Part shown: positions 56,237-64,000 of the stretch, piece by piece | Layout: every line of letters starts with the position of its first letter | How positions within the stretch are numbered: the stretch's first letter is position 1 | Source: a virus | Reading direction: 5' to 3' (one strand) | Virus record (IMG/VR): IMGVR_UViG_3300024054_000015 | Location: 1-64,000 of that record | DNA length: 64,000 nucleotides | Notes under the pieces: model-generated | What the model saw: the letters and a program-made list of their open reading frames with translations, nothing else | Databases searched by the model: none | What the model was told of the DNA's origin: nothing | Made by a program: the position numbers and the translations under genes

Positions 56237-56896
56237 ATGCCATCTGTGATTCTCAAGAAACGTGATCTTGATTCCTTGAATGATATGGAATTGAGATTCG
56301 TCAAGGCTTTGATCGCTGACGATCTTTGGAGACCTGTTCAGGCAGCTAGGACTGTTGGATATAAGAGCCCTTCATTAGCTGCTACGAGGTTGATGAAGAA
56401 GCCCGTAGTAGCAGCAGCCTTAGGAAGAGAACAACGTCGCAGATTAGAACGTCTTCAGTTGAAAGCTGATGAAGTTCTGCACATGCTCGCTACTGGACTC
56501 TTCTTCAATCCACTTTCACTCTTTAAGCCTTCTGCTGATGGAAAGTGGGTCGTAGAGGACTTGGACAAAGTCCCTGCGGAAATAGGACGTTGTGTAGAGG
56601 AAGTCAAGTGTCGTACTGTGGACAGTATGGACGACGATGGGAACGTGACTTCCACAACGTACTTTGAACTGAAGATGATGTCCAAGACGAAGCTCTTAGA
56701 GCTTGCGATGAAACACTGCGGAGTTGACGGCACGCAGAAGATAGAGCATACGGGCAATCTGGGTCTACAGATCGGCCTCAGCAATGGGATCAATGGGCTG
56801 CTGATGGCCATTGAGAACACACGCTCTTCCCAAGTGGTCGATGGTACAGTGTTGGAGAAAGAGGTAACAGATGTTACTAATCAATCCGCTGACTAG
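56237..56896 (+). CDS. Terminase small subunit
   Basis: QAARTVGYKS...ATRLMKKP HTH; QKIEHTG; upstream of TerL. Confidence 0.8.
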   Translation: MPSVILKKRDLDSLNDMELRFVKALIADDLWRPVQAARTVGYKSPSLAATRLMKKPVVAAALGREQRRRLERLQLKADEVLHMLATGLFFNPLSLFKPSADGKWVVEDLDKVPAEIGRCVEEVKCRTVDSMDDDGNVTSTTYFELKMMSKTKLLELAMKHCGVDGTQKIEHTGNLGLQIGLSNGINGLLMAIENTRSSQVVDGTVLEKEVTDVTNQSAD

Positions 56897-57344
56897 GCAA
56901 GTTCTAAACCACATGCAAGGAAGGCATGATCAGTCAGGACATGGACAGGAGGCTTTGCCAGACAAGTTCTACAAGAAGAGAAGGGATTCTACTTCCAGTA
57001 GGTTGGCCAAGAGAATCTTTGAGGGACCATTTGACAGTTTTGAAGAGGCTGCTGCTCACTCGTACGTGTTGGATGACCTGGACACTAGGAAGTCTTCCCT
57101 GGATAAAGGCTTTCTGATGGGAGCTCATGGGAAAGCAATCCCTGTCACCAAAGGCTCTTATCTTCAGGAGGATATCACAGGAGGAAATGAGGGAGACATT
57201 CACGACTACAACAAGAGTGGAGATCGTATCCCTATAAGGCATAGGATTGTCCCGGTAAGGAGTGTGGCAAAGCTCCGACCCAAAAGAGTGAACATGATGG
57301 CAGACGTGATAGCAGAACTTAGGCAGAGAAGGGGATTAGACTGA
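56871..57344 (+). CDS. NPFTGQV-leader protein 2
   Basis: MLLINPLTRQVLNHMQGRHDQSGHG. Confidence 0.6.
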   Translation: MLLINPLTRQVLNHMQGRHDQSGHGQEALPDKFYKKRRDSTSSRLAKRIFEGPFDSFEEAAAHSYVLDDLDTRKSSLDKGFLMGAHGKAIPVTKGSYLQEDITGGNEGDIHDYNKSGDRIPIRHRIVPVRSVAKLRPKRVNMMADVIAELRQRRGLD

Positions 57345-57733
57345 TGTCCAACGAGATACAGGTAACGATTCAGCTTAGTTGTGCTAAGGGTGAGTTCTAT
57401 CAGCCTGCCCTTGGAACGCCTCAATCAGTAGACCAGAACGGTCTAGGTGGAGGCAATCCAGGGTTCATTAACGTAGGGGCCTCTGAGGAGGACGTTAGCT
57501 TGGGAGACCTTACGACTCCAGGCTATTGCTACATCAAGAACCTTGGCCCTTTGACTGGCACGGCTCAGCCTGTGATCACCTTTGGTCCTAAGAGTGGCGG
57601 AGCTATGGTCGGCTTCTGTAGTCTAAAGACTGGCGAGGAAGCGTGCTTTAGGCTCACGGACACAACTCCCACGCTGCGCATTGTCAGCGATATCGCGAAT
57701 ACAGGCGTGCAGATAGTCATCCTGGAGGATTAG
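57344..57733 (+). CDS. Putative virion beta-protein
   Basis: SLGDLTTPGYCYIKNL; related to ORF 8116. Confidence 0.55.
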   Translation: MSNEIQVTIQLSCAKGEFYQPALGTPQSVDQNGLGGGNPGFINVGASEEDVSLGDLTTPGYCYIKNLGPLTGTAQPVITFGPKSGGAMVGFCSLKTGEEACFRLTDTTPTLRIVSDIANTGVQIVILED

Positions 57734-57734
57734 C

Positions 57735-57941
57735 ATGGCTACGATTCATCTAGCAGGTCCAATAGTAACTGTAGACAGCAGAGTCGTTCAGCGTTGTGCT
57801 GTCTGTGGACAGAAGCTAGTGGACTTGGACGCTTTCGAGCCAGGAAAGCCTGTAGTGGAAGAGGGCTGTCAGTTGAAGACAGTGCAGAACGTAGATATGT
57901 ACCATAGCTCCGACCTGTGCGTGACCTTGGTGGAGAAATGA
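57735..57941 (+). CDS. Small Zn-binding hypothetical protein
   Basis: QRCAVCG. Confidence 0.55.
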   Translation: MATIHLAGPIVTVDSRVVQRCAVCGQKLVDLDAFEPGKPVVEEGCQLKTVQNVDMYHSSDLCVTLVEK

Positions 57942-58423
57942 CCATGCTCATCAATCCGTTTACAGGTCAGGTACTCAACGTCAATCCACAGGGATACAAT
58001 CAGTACACTGGAAAGGGTCCGGAGTCTAACAGGAAGAGACTTCAGCAGATCGCTGGAGATGATGTCCGTATTGAGTACAAGATCCCAGAGGCCTACGAGA
58101 AGAGCGTGAGGCTGTCTGGAGACTACTTTCCTCCAGAGGTAGACTGGGACACTGAAGAGGTAACGAAGCCAGCGACTATCTTTGTTTCTCCAGGCAGATA
58201 CGAAGGTGCTATAGCTGCCCATGAGATAGGGCATCATAAGCTAGGTCACACGCAGGATGTGGAATACGAAGATGATGCAGAGAGCCGTGAAAGAGATGCC
58301 TGGCGATATGCTCTTAAGAACAGAAAGAGTATGGCAGTCTCTAAGAGGAAACTGTTCCGCCTTATGAGGACTGCTGAGGTTCTGGCTAAGAAGTCTAGAG
58401 GAACTTTCGGACCAGCTAAGTGA
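57938..58423 (+). CDS. NPFTGQV-leader protein 3 with HExxH metallopeptidase motif
   Basis: MLINPFTGQVLNVNPQGYNQY; AHEIGHH...ERDAW. Confidence 0.7.
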   Translation: MTMLINPFTGQVLNVNPQGYNQYTGKGPESNRKRLQQIAGDDVRIEYKIPEAYEKSVRLSGDYFPPEVDWDTEEVTKPATIFVSPGRYEGAIAAHEIGHHKLGHTQDVEYEDDAESRERDAWRYALKNRKSMAVSKRKLFRLMRTAEVLAKKSRGTFGPAK

Positions 58424-60021
58424 TCAACTCCGAAGCTGACCTACTCTCTGATCCCTTTAACTTTCTTGCTCTGTGTTGGCCAGACATCAAGCTGACCAAG
58501 CCGCAAGCCAAGATCGTACATAGCATTGTCCACAATCACACTACTGTCGTGCCTGCTGGCAACGATCAAGGCAAGGACTTTATTGCAGCCTTTATCTGCG
58601 TCTGGTTCTTCTGCTCTCGTAGCCCTTGCAAGATTGTGACCCATTCGGTAGATCAGCCTCAGCTTAAAGGCGTTCTCTGGGGCGAAATGAAGAGGTTTAT
58701 TCAGACCTCGAGATATCCTCTGCCGCTGAACGTGCGTGAGGATATGTTCATGCAGTTCGTGCGTCCTGATGGTACAGCCGATCCCTTGAGCTACCTCATT
58801 GGCCGTGTCACACGTAAGGGTGAGGGATTGCTGGGTCATCATATCGCTAACACAGAGAGCGATAGACTGCCCGATGGCTCTATGCTTCCTCGTACGCTGT
58901 TCGTAGCTGATGAAGCCAGCGGTATTGACGACGAGGCATGGGAGAAGGTGGACACCTGGAGTCATCGTAAGCTCGCTATCGGCAATCCCTATCCCACTAC
59001 GAACTTCTTCTATAAGGCCACGAAGGCCGGAGATATCCCGCACCCCAGGCTCAAGGGACGTTTCCTTCAGAAGGTTATCCACATCGATTGCGATGATAGT
59101 CCGCACGTAGAGCGGGCTAAGTCGATGATGGACATTGGTCTAGACCCTGATGACAAGGTCTTGATCCCAGGCATCCTCAGTTGGCAGGAATACGAGCGAC
59201 GTCTCAAGGTCTGGGATGAGATGCGGCAGTGCATCGGCCTACATGGGAAGTTCTATGAAGGTCGTGAAGTCAAGCTATTTCCTCCCAACTGGCTAGACCG
59301 TGCTGAGGAAGTCGCTGAGAGGTTGCCGAAGGATCGCATAGGCAAAGCGATGGGAGTGGACGCTGCTGAAGGTGGCGATAACTCCGTGTGGTGCATAGTG
59401 GACGAGTTGGGCTTGATCTACATGGAGGCCCATAAGACAAATGACACAAATGATATTCCTGGACTTTCCATTGCCATCGGGAAGCGTTTCGGTGTTGCTC
59501 CTGAGCGTTGGGTATTCGATCGTGGGGGTGGCGGCAAGCAACATGCCGATCGGTTACGAGCAATGGGGTATGAGTGTGCTTCCATCGGTTTTGGTGAGGG
59601 TGTGGTAGATCCACAAGCCTGGAAGCGTACTGCGGACTATATCCCGAAGAAAGAAGTGCGGGAGGCTACAGAAGAGAGGTACATCTACAAGAACCGTAGA
59701 GCCGAGATGTACGGCACGCTTAGGCTTGCATTAGATCCGACTGTGTTGCAAAATGGCTTCGGGCTACCAAAAGAGTTGATTCGGGTGAAACGGTTGGACG
59801 GTGGACCTTCCCTCAGAGATCAGTTAGAGATACTACCGCTGCTCTACGATCCTGAGGGAAGGCTCTACTTGCCGCCTAAGCAGAAGAAGAATGCGGACGA
59901 CAAAACAGTCACGATCAAAGATATGCTGGGCGACTATAGCCCAGACGAGGCAGACGCGCTTGTGCTCGCCTGCTATGGAATGACCTTTAAGAGTCCTCCA
60001 GTCATCAGGAGTATGATATGA
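58420..60021 (+). CDS. Terminase large subunit
   Basis: AGNDQGKD (Walker A variant), VADEASG, IGNP, GVDAAEGGD, SPDEADA. Confidence 0.9.
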   Translation: MINSEADLLSDPFNFLALCWPDIKLTKPQAKIVHSIVHNHTTVVPAGNDQGKDFIAAFICVWFFCSRSPCKIVTHSVDQPQLKGVLWGEMKRFIQTSRYPLPLNVREDMFMQFVRPDGTADPLSYLIGRVTRKGEGLLGHHIANTESDRLPDGSMLPRTLFVADEASGIDDEAWEKVDTWSHRKLAIGNPYPTTNFFYKATKAGDIPHPRLKGRFLQKVIHIDCDDSPHVERAKSMMDIGLDPDDKVLIPGILSWQEYERRLKVWDEMRQCIGLHGKFYEGREVKLFPPNWLDRAEEVAERLPKDRIGKAMGVDAAEGGDNSVWCIVDELGLIYMEAHKTNDTNDIPGLSIAIGKRFGVAPERWVFDRGGGGKQHADRLRAMGYECASIGFGEGVVDPQAWKRTADYIPKKEVREATEERYIYKNRRAEMYGTLRLALDPTVLQNGFGLPKELIRVKRLDGGPSLRDQLEILPLLYDPEGRLYLPPKQKKNADDKTVTIKDMLGDYSPDEADALVLACYGMTFKSPPVIRSMI

Positions 60022-60620
60022 GCAAAGAGCCAATCGTGAATCCGTTTACTGGAGAAGTGGTGGCGAACTTCAGTCTTAGGGGAATCGGAGAGGTATTTGA
60101 CCTGGGAAGGAAGGCCCAGAAGCTCGGTCAGATGGCAGGAACTAAGTCAGGTGCGGTTGAGTCCAGGTGGGCTAAACTTCGCGGTAAAGACGCTGGTCTC
60201 TCTAGGAGAGCTTCCAGAAGGATCTACCGAGCCGGTGCTGGAACCCAGAAGGCCATAGAAGCCGCGAAGAAGCACTCCTTCAAGACGGGAGTGGCGACTG
60301 GTGCGGTTGCTGGTGCTGCCTCTACAGGAGCCGCCATGAAGTACTCCAAGTCCAAGAAGAAGCAGATGGCTCACAACATCCTCGGCATGGCTCTGGGAAA
60401 GGTCAGGAACCCTCTGCAAGATGCCCTCACCAAACCCTTCCGCAAGAAGAAGACCACTGTCGGTGGCGTGCTGAAGGGCGGACTCACAGGCGTTAGGAAC
60501 GAGAGCCATCTTGGCCTCATTACGCCTTCCAAGGCTAGGAAGCGTAAGCTCATCTCTTCTGCAGAGCAAGATGCCAAGAAGAGGGGATTGGTCCTCAAGC
60601 CCGTCGGGAGCTTCAGATGA
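60018..60620 (+). CDS. NPFTGQV-leader protein 4, highly basic
   Basis: IVNPFTGEVVAN; Lys/Arg/Ala/Gly-rich. Confidence 0.65.
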   Translation: MSKEPIVNPFTGEVVANFSLRGIGEVFDLGRKAQKLGQMAGTKSGAVESRWAKLRGKDAGLSRRASRRIYRAGAGTQKAIEAAKKHSFKTGVATGAVAGAASTGAAMKYSKSKKKQMAHNILGMALGKVRNPLQDALTKPFRKKKTTVGGVLKGGLTGVRNESHLGLITPSKARKRKLISSAEQDAKKRGLVLKPVGSFR

Positions 60621-60805
60621 CTCTTGGACAAATCGCTTACGAAGCCTACTGCAAGTTCAGTGACAACAAGTCTCTGGTCTCTGGGCAAGAGCTACCAAGC
60701 TGGGGAAACCTCAACAGTCGCATTAAGGCTGCTTGGGAAGCATGTGCTAAAGAGGTTGGCAGGTATGTGATGACAGAATTGGCAGACCTTGCCAAAGGAG
60801 ACTAG
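60617..60805 (+). CDS. Hypothetical protein
   Basis: GQIAYEAY...LPSW..L...IKAAWEA, a common small phage protein pattern. Confidence 0.65.
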   Translation: MTLGQIAYEAYCKFSDNKSLVSGQELPSWGNLNSRIKAAWEACAKEVGRYVMTELADLAKGD

Positions 60806-61030
60806 GTGGACAAGCCTAAGACCATTGCTGACCTGGGCGACAACACCGAACGTGATAAGCCCATTATCGGCAAGTCCATGATAGACCATGGACCTAAGTC
60901 GGTAAGTCGTCGCATTGAGGAAGCCCAGAAGCGGCATGAGGAAGAGCAGAAGCTGCTAGAGGCTGGCGGCTATGACTATGGCGGCACAGAGGCTTTCGAA
61001 CGAGCCATGAGGAACGTGGGGAGATGGTGA
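60806..61030 (+). CDS. Hypothetical protein
   Basis: AAGGAG RBS, GTG start. Confidence 0.55.
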   Translation: MDKPKTIADLGDNTERDKPIIGKSMIDHGPKSVSRRIEEAQKRHEEEQKLLEAGGYDYGGTEAFERAMRNVGRW

Positions 61031-61560
61031 TGATTCTAGTCAATCCATTCACTGGCCAAGTGCTTATCAACGCCAACCCTAGAGGCGACAATCAGTACAT
61101 CAATCCCGATGGGCCTAGCCAGAAGCCTGTTAGAACAGCGAAGCATCTCGTTAAACGTCTGACTGCTGGCGTGCTAGGACCTGTCTCGGCAGATCGTGTT
61201 GCTGGATTTGCACTGCCTGACGACAGTCTAGTGGGAGGCCTGGGCAAGATGCATGAGGATCTGGTGCGAGAGGATCCTGAGAAGTTCGGAATGGACAGAG
61301 GAGACATGCCAAGAGATCCAGTGGCCAAGGCTATCTCCAAGGGAGCCATACGCTTTCGTGGAGTTTCCCTAGAGCTCGACTCTAGCAGACACACTCCAGG
61401 GAAGATTGGCATGATGATCTCCAGCGGTAAGTTGCCCTCTACTACCGAAGGTCATGTCTACATTGACTCTGCAGACTTCAATGGTGCAGCCCATGTGGAT
61501 GAGTTGCTGATGGCCAAGTCTTGGAGACATCTAGCTTACGGGAAGAAAAGACTAAGATAA
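61024..61560 (+). CDS. NPFTGQV-leader protein 5
   Basis: ILVNPFTGQVLINANPRGDNQY. Confidence 0.65.
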   Translation: MVMILVNPFTGQVLINANPRGDNQYINPDGPSQKPVRTAKHLVKRLTAGVLGPVSADRVAGFALPDDSLVGGLGKMHEDLVREDPEKFGMDRGDMPRDPVAKAISKGAIRFRGVSLELDSSRHTPGKIGMMISSGKLPSTTEGHVYIDSADFNGAAHVDELLMAKSWRHLAYGKKRLR

Positions 61561-61570
61561 GGAAATAAGA

Positions 61571-64000
61571 ATGCCCACAGCAGAACGCAAGCGCCTGGCC
61601 TTGGAGCAGATGGCCAACTCCAAAGACTTCGTCATGAACGCTGAGTTCCAGGCCAAGTTCTTAGACCTCGTGCAAAACGAGTTCCTTAGTCGTGGAGCTT
61701 TCATTCAACGCTGGATGGACCCACGTCGGGACTACAACCGTGAGTGCGGCTATCCCGAGACGTATGAGATCACCAGTGAGAAGTGGCAGGACTACTACGA
61801 ACGTCATCCCATTGCTGCCCGCGTTGTGGAGATCATGCCTAGCGAGTGCTGGCAGATAACGCCAGATCTGTACGAGGTTGATGACCCCAACGTCAACACT
61901 CCGTTCGAACAGGGCTTTAAGGACTTGGCTGGGGACCTGCGTGGAGTCCAGTCGTACTACAAGCCTGAGGAAGAGGTCGTGCATCCGCTGTGGGAGTACT
62001 GCCGACGGCTAGACATTCTCTCAGGAATTGGTCAGTTCGGTGTGATGCTGCTAGGGTACGACGATGGCATTTCCCTGAACCAACCTGTAGAGGGTTGGCA
62101 AGAGCCAGAGGTAGGGAACATCACCTGGAACCAAGAGGCACTGCCTTTCCTCAGAGAGTTGTCCAAGCACTTCCATATCACCGCTAACGGTGAGCTAATA
62201 TGGAATGCACCAACTCCCGATGAAGAAGAGCAGTTGAAGAAAAAGTCCAAGTCTGTGCCTGAGGCAACTAACGGCAAGAAGCCCAAGGAGAAGAAGGTCA
62301 CCGACAAGGAGAACATGCAGAGCTCAGAAGGCTATCTGCCTCCAGAGCCTACAGGGAAGTCCATGCCTAGTCCTGCGGCCTTCGGTAATGTCAACCCGCA
62401 GCAGGGAAAGTATCACGATCCCATGGACCCAGAGGCTTTGAAGGACATCCAGCCTCAAGGGCCAGAGCAGCCAGAGTTTGGGGACTTTACTACTGAGGAC
62501 CAACGCCAACAGCCAGGAATGCAGACCGCTCCCACAGGCAGACGTAGGCTGATCTATGTGCGAGTGTTCCCCGAGGCGTTAGTGCAGATCATGCGATACG
62601 AGCAGAACATGGCGAGTCCACGCTTTGGACAGCCTACCATGTATCGCATCACGCTCAATGACCCCATGCAGAACCAGACGGGAGTGGGACTGCCTCTAAG
62701 CACCATTGAGGTCCACTACTCGCGGGTTATTCACGCTGCTGATTTGGGAGCTAATGCCGGATCTAGTGAAATCTTCGCTCCTCCTCGCATGAGGCCGGTG
62801 CTGAACAACCTCATCGATCTACAGAAGATCTATGGAGCTTGCGGGGAAGGCTACTGGAAGAACGCTTTCGCAACGCTGGCAGCAGAGACACATCCTCAAC
62901 TCGGTGGAGATGTTACTCTGGACGTAGAAGCCATGCGGGAGCAGATGAAGAAGTGGAGAGATAGCCTGGATCGTGTGCTGGCAGCTACGGGCGTCACTTG
63001 GAGGACTATCAGCCCGCAACTGATTGATCCCAATAGCTACGTGCAGAATCACCTGACTGCCATTTGCATCAAGCTCGGCTGTCCGTTGCGAGTGTTCATG
63101 GGCAGCGAACAAGGAGTGTTGGCCGCGAGCCAGGACTCGTACTCTTGGGGATTGCGAGTTCAAGAGCGTCGCAAGAACTACCTGACTCCTCGGCTAATCG
63201 TGCCGTTGATTGACAGACTCATCACCGTAGGCGTGCTGCCTGCTCCGCAAGAGTCGTACATGGTCAACTGGAACGATGAGCAGAAGCTGACTCCTCAGGA
63301 GCAGGCGAGCATCGGTGGAGCAATCACTGGAGCGATGGCAACCTACATCAGTGGCCAAGTTGACCAACTGATTGAGCCTGTGACCTGGATGACAGAGGTT
63401 CTGGGCTGGAATAGGGAGAAGGCTCAGTCTGTGGTAGATGCCACGATGGAGCATATCCTCAAGCAGCAAGAGCAGCAGGCGATGCAGGGGCAGCAGATGA
63501 TTGACCCCATGACGGGTCAGCCCATGCAGCAGGACGAGATGGGACAGTTCATTGATCCCAATACGGGCGAGCCTGCTCCGACAGATGAGATGGGCAAGCC
63601 GATGGTGATGGATCCCAATACTGGACAACCGATGCCCGCTCAGCCTCAGTCGCCACAAGAGAGCCAAGGCCCGCTAGGGGCAGAGGCTTCAGAGGCCGCT
63701 CAGGTTAGCCAAGAGATGGATCCTGGAGTTGAGGCACCAGAAGAGCAGATGGAACCCGAGGAAGAAGAGTTGCCCACAGACCCCGACTCTGGGTTGATGA
63801 TCGACGAGGAAGCAGGACTAGCTCTTGATCCAGAGACAGGTGACGTGTACGACATAGAGACTGGAGAAGTAGTAGGGAACGTGAACGATGATGAGCAATA
63901 TGCTGACGAGTTTGATCAGGAGCAACCGGATCAAGAAGATGGTTCTGAACTGGAAACTGAAGAACCCGAGGACGGCTTTGAAGACATGGAAGGTGATCAA
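61571..64000 (+). CDS. Portal protein (DUF1073-like), 3' truncated
   Basis: Missing from ORF track because it has no stop in the window; own translation gives DPRRDYNRECGYP, ERHPIAARVV..MPSECW, VHYSRVIH; follows TerL. Confidence 0.85.
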   Translation, partial: MPTAERKRLALEQMANSKDFVMNAEFQAKFLDLVQNEFLSRGAFIQRWMDPRRDYNRECGYPETYEITSEKWQDYYERHPIAARVVEIMPSECWQITPDLYEVDDPNVNTPFEQGFKDLAGDLRGVQSYYKPEEEVVHPLWEYCRRLDILSGIGQFGVMLLGYDDGISLNQPVEGWQEPEVGNITWNQEALPFLRELSKHFHITANGELIWNAPTPDEEEQLKKKSKSVPEATNGKKPKEKKVTDKENMQSSEGYLPPEPTGKSMPSPAAFGNVNPQQGKYHDPMDPEALKDIQPQGPEQPEFGDFTTEDQRQQPGMQTAPTGRRRLIYVRVFPEALVQIMRYEQNMASPRFGQPTMYRITLNDPMQNQTGVGLPLSTIEVHYSRVIHAADLGANAGSSEIFAPPRMRPVLNNLIDLQKIYGACGEGYWKNAFATLAAETHPQLGGDVTLDVEAMREQMKKWRDSLDRVLAATGVTWRTISPQLIDPNSYVQNHLTAICIKLGCPLRVFMGSEQGVLAASQDSYSWGLRVQERRKNYLTPRLIVPLIDRLITVGVLPAPQESYMVNWNDEQKLTPQEQASIGGAITGAMATYISGQVDQLIEPVTWMTEVLGWNREKAQSVVDATMEHILKQQEQQAMQGQQMIDPMTGQPMQQDEMGQFIDPNTGEPAPTDEMGKPMVMDPNTGQPMPAQPQSPQESQGPLGAEASEAAQVSQEMDPGVEAPEEQMEPEEEELPTDPDSGLMIDEEAGLALDPETGDVYDIETGEVVGNVNDDEQYADEFDQEQPDQEDGSELETEEPEDGFEDMEGDQ

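Noticed and set aside
61571-64000. Anti-CBASS Acb1 label that DUF1073-family hits often receive
   Set aside because: Size, motifs and position after TerL indicate a portal protein.
1-64000. CRISPR array, integrase, transposase, reverse transcriptase/DGR, rRNA
   Set aside because: No regularly spaced repeat array or diagnostic motifs were seen.
61661-64000. Short ORFs listed in the track near the window end
   Set aside because: They are shadows of the unlisted portal reading frame, which is open from 61571 to the end.

Overview
This window is about 64 kb of a tailed dsDNA phage genome with a siphovirus-like tail module and the standard genetic code. The host is probably a Planctomycete, judging from a planctomycete-type export leader at 40829. 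Layout: (1) virion/tail genes at 1-9.9 kb; (2) a ~10 kb cluster of glycosyltransferase, radical SAM, methyltransferase and sulfotransferase genes at 9.9-19.8 kb; (3) a minus-strand early arm at 20-33.8 kb with CsrA, DNA ligase, a UvrD-like helicase and many small ORFs; (4) a plus-strand replication and DNA-modification arm at 34-55 kb with resolvase, UDG-like proteins, exonuclease, PolA, a 5-hmdU DNA kinase-like protein, a TAGT-like glycosyltransferase, a radical SAM, a dUMP-type thymidylate synthase homolog, MazG, primase and helicase; (5) packaging genes (TerS, TerL, partial portal) interleaved with five proteins that share an N-terminal NPFTGQV motif. The strongest unexplained signal is a 639-bp island (31448-32086) with no GA or TC dinucleotide. 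It holds a sigma54-type promoter, a gene for an Asp/Glu-free winged-helix-like protein, and a terminator. Smaller GA/TC-free or GA/TC-poor patches cover several promoters and three dispersed 96-97 bp inverted-repeat elements. My inference is that the phage hypermodifies T (as hmU) in TC context and keeps its cis-acting sites and one key gene free of the modification. All product calls come from motif recognition by eye; no database search was run.
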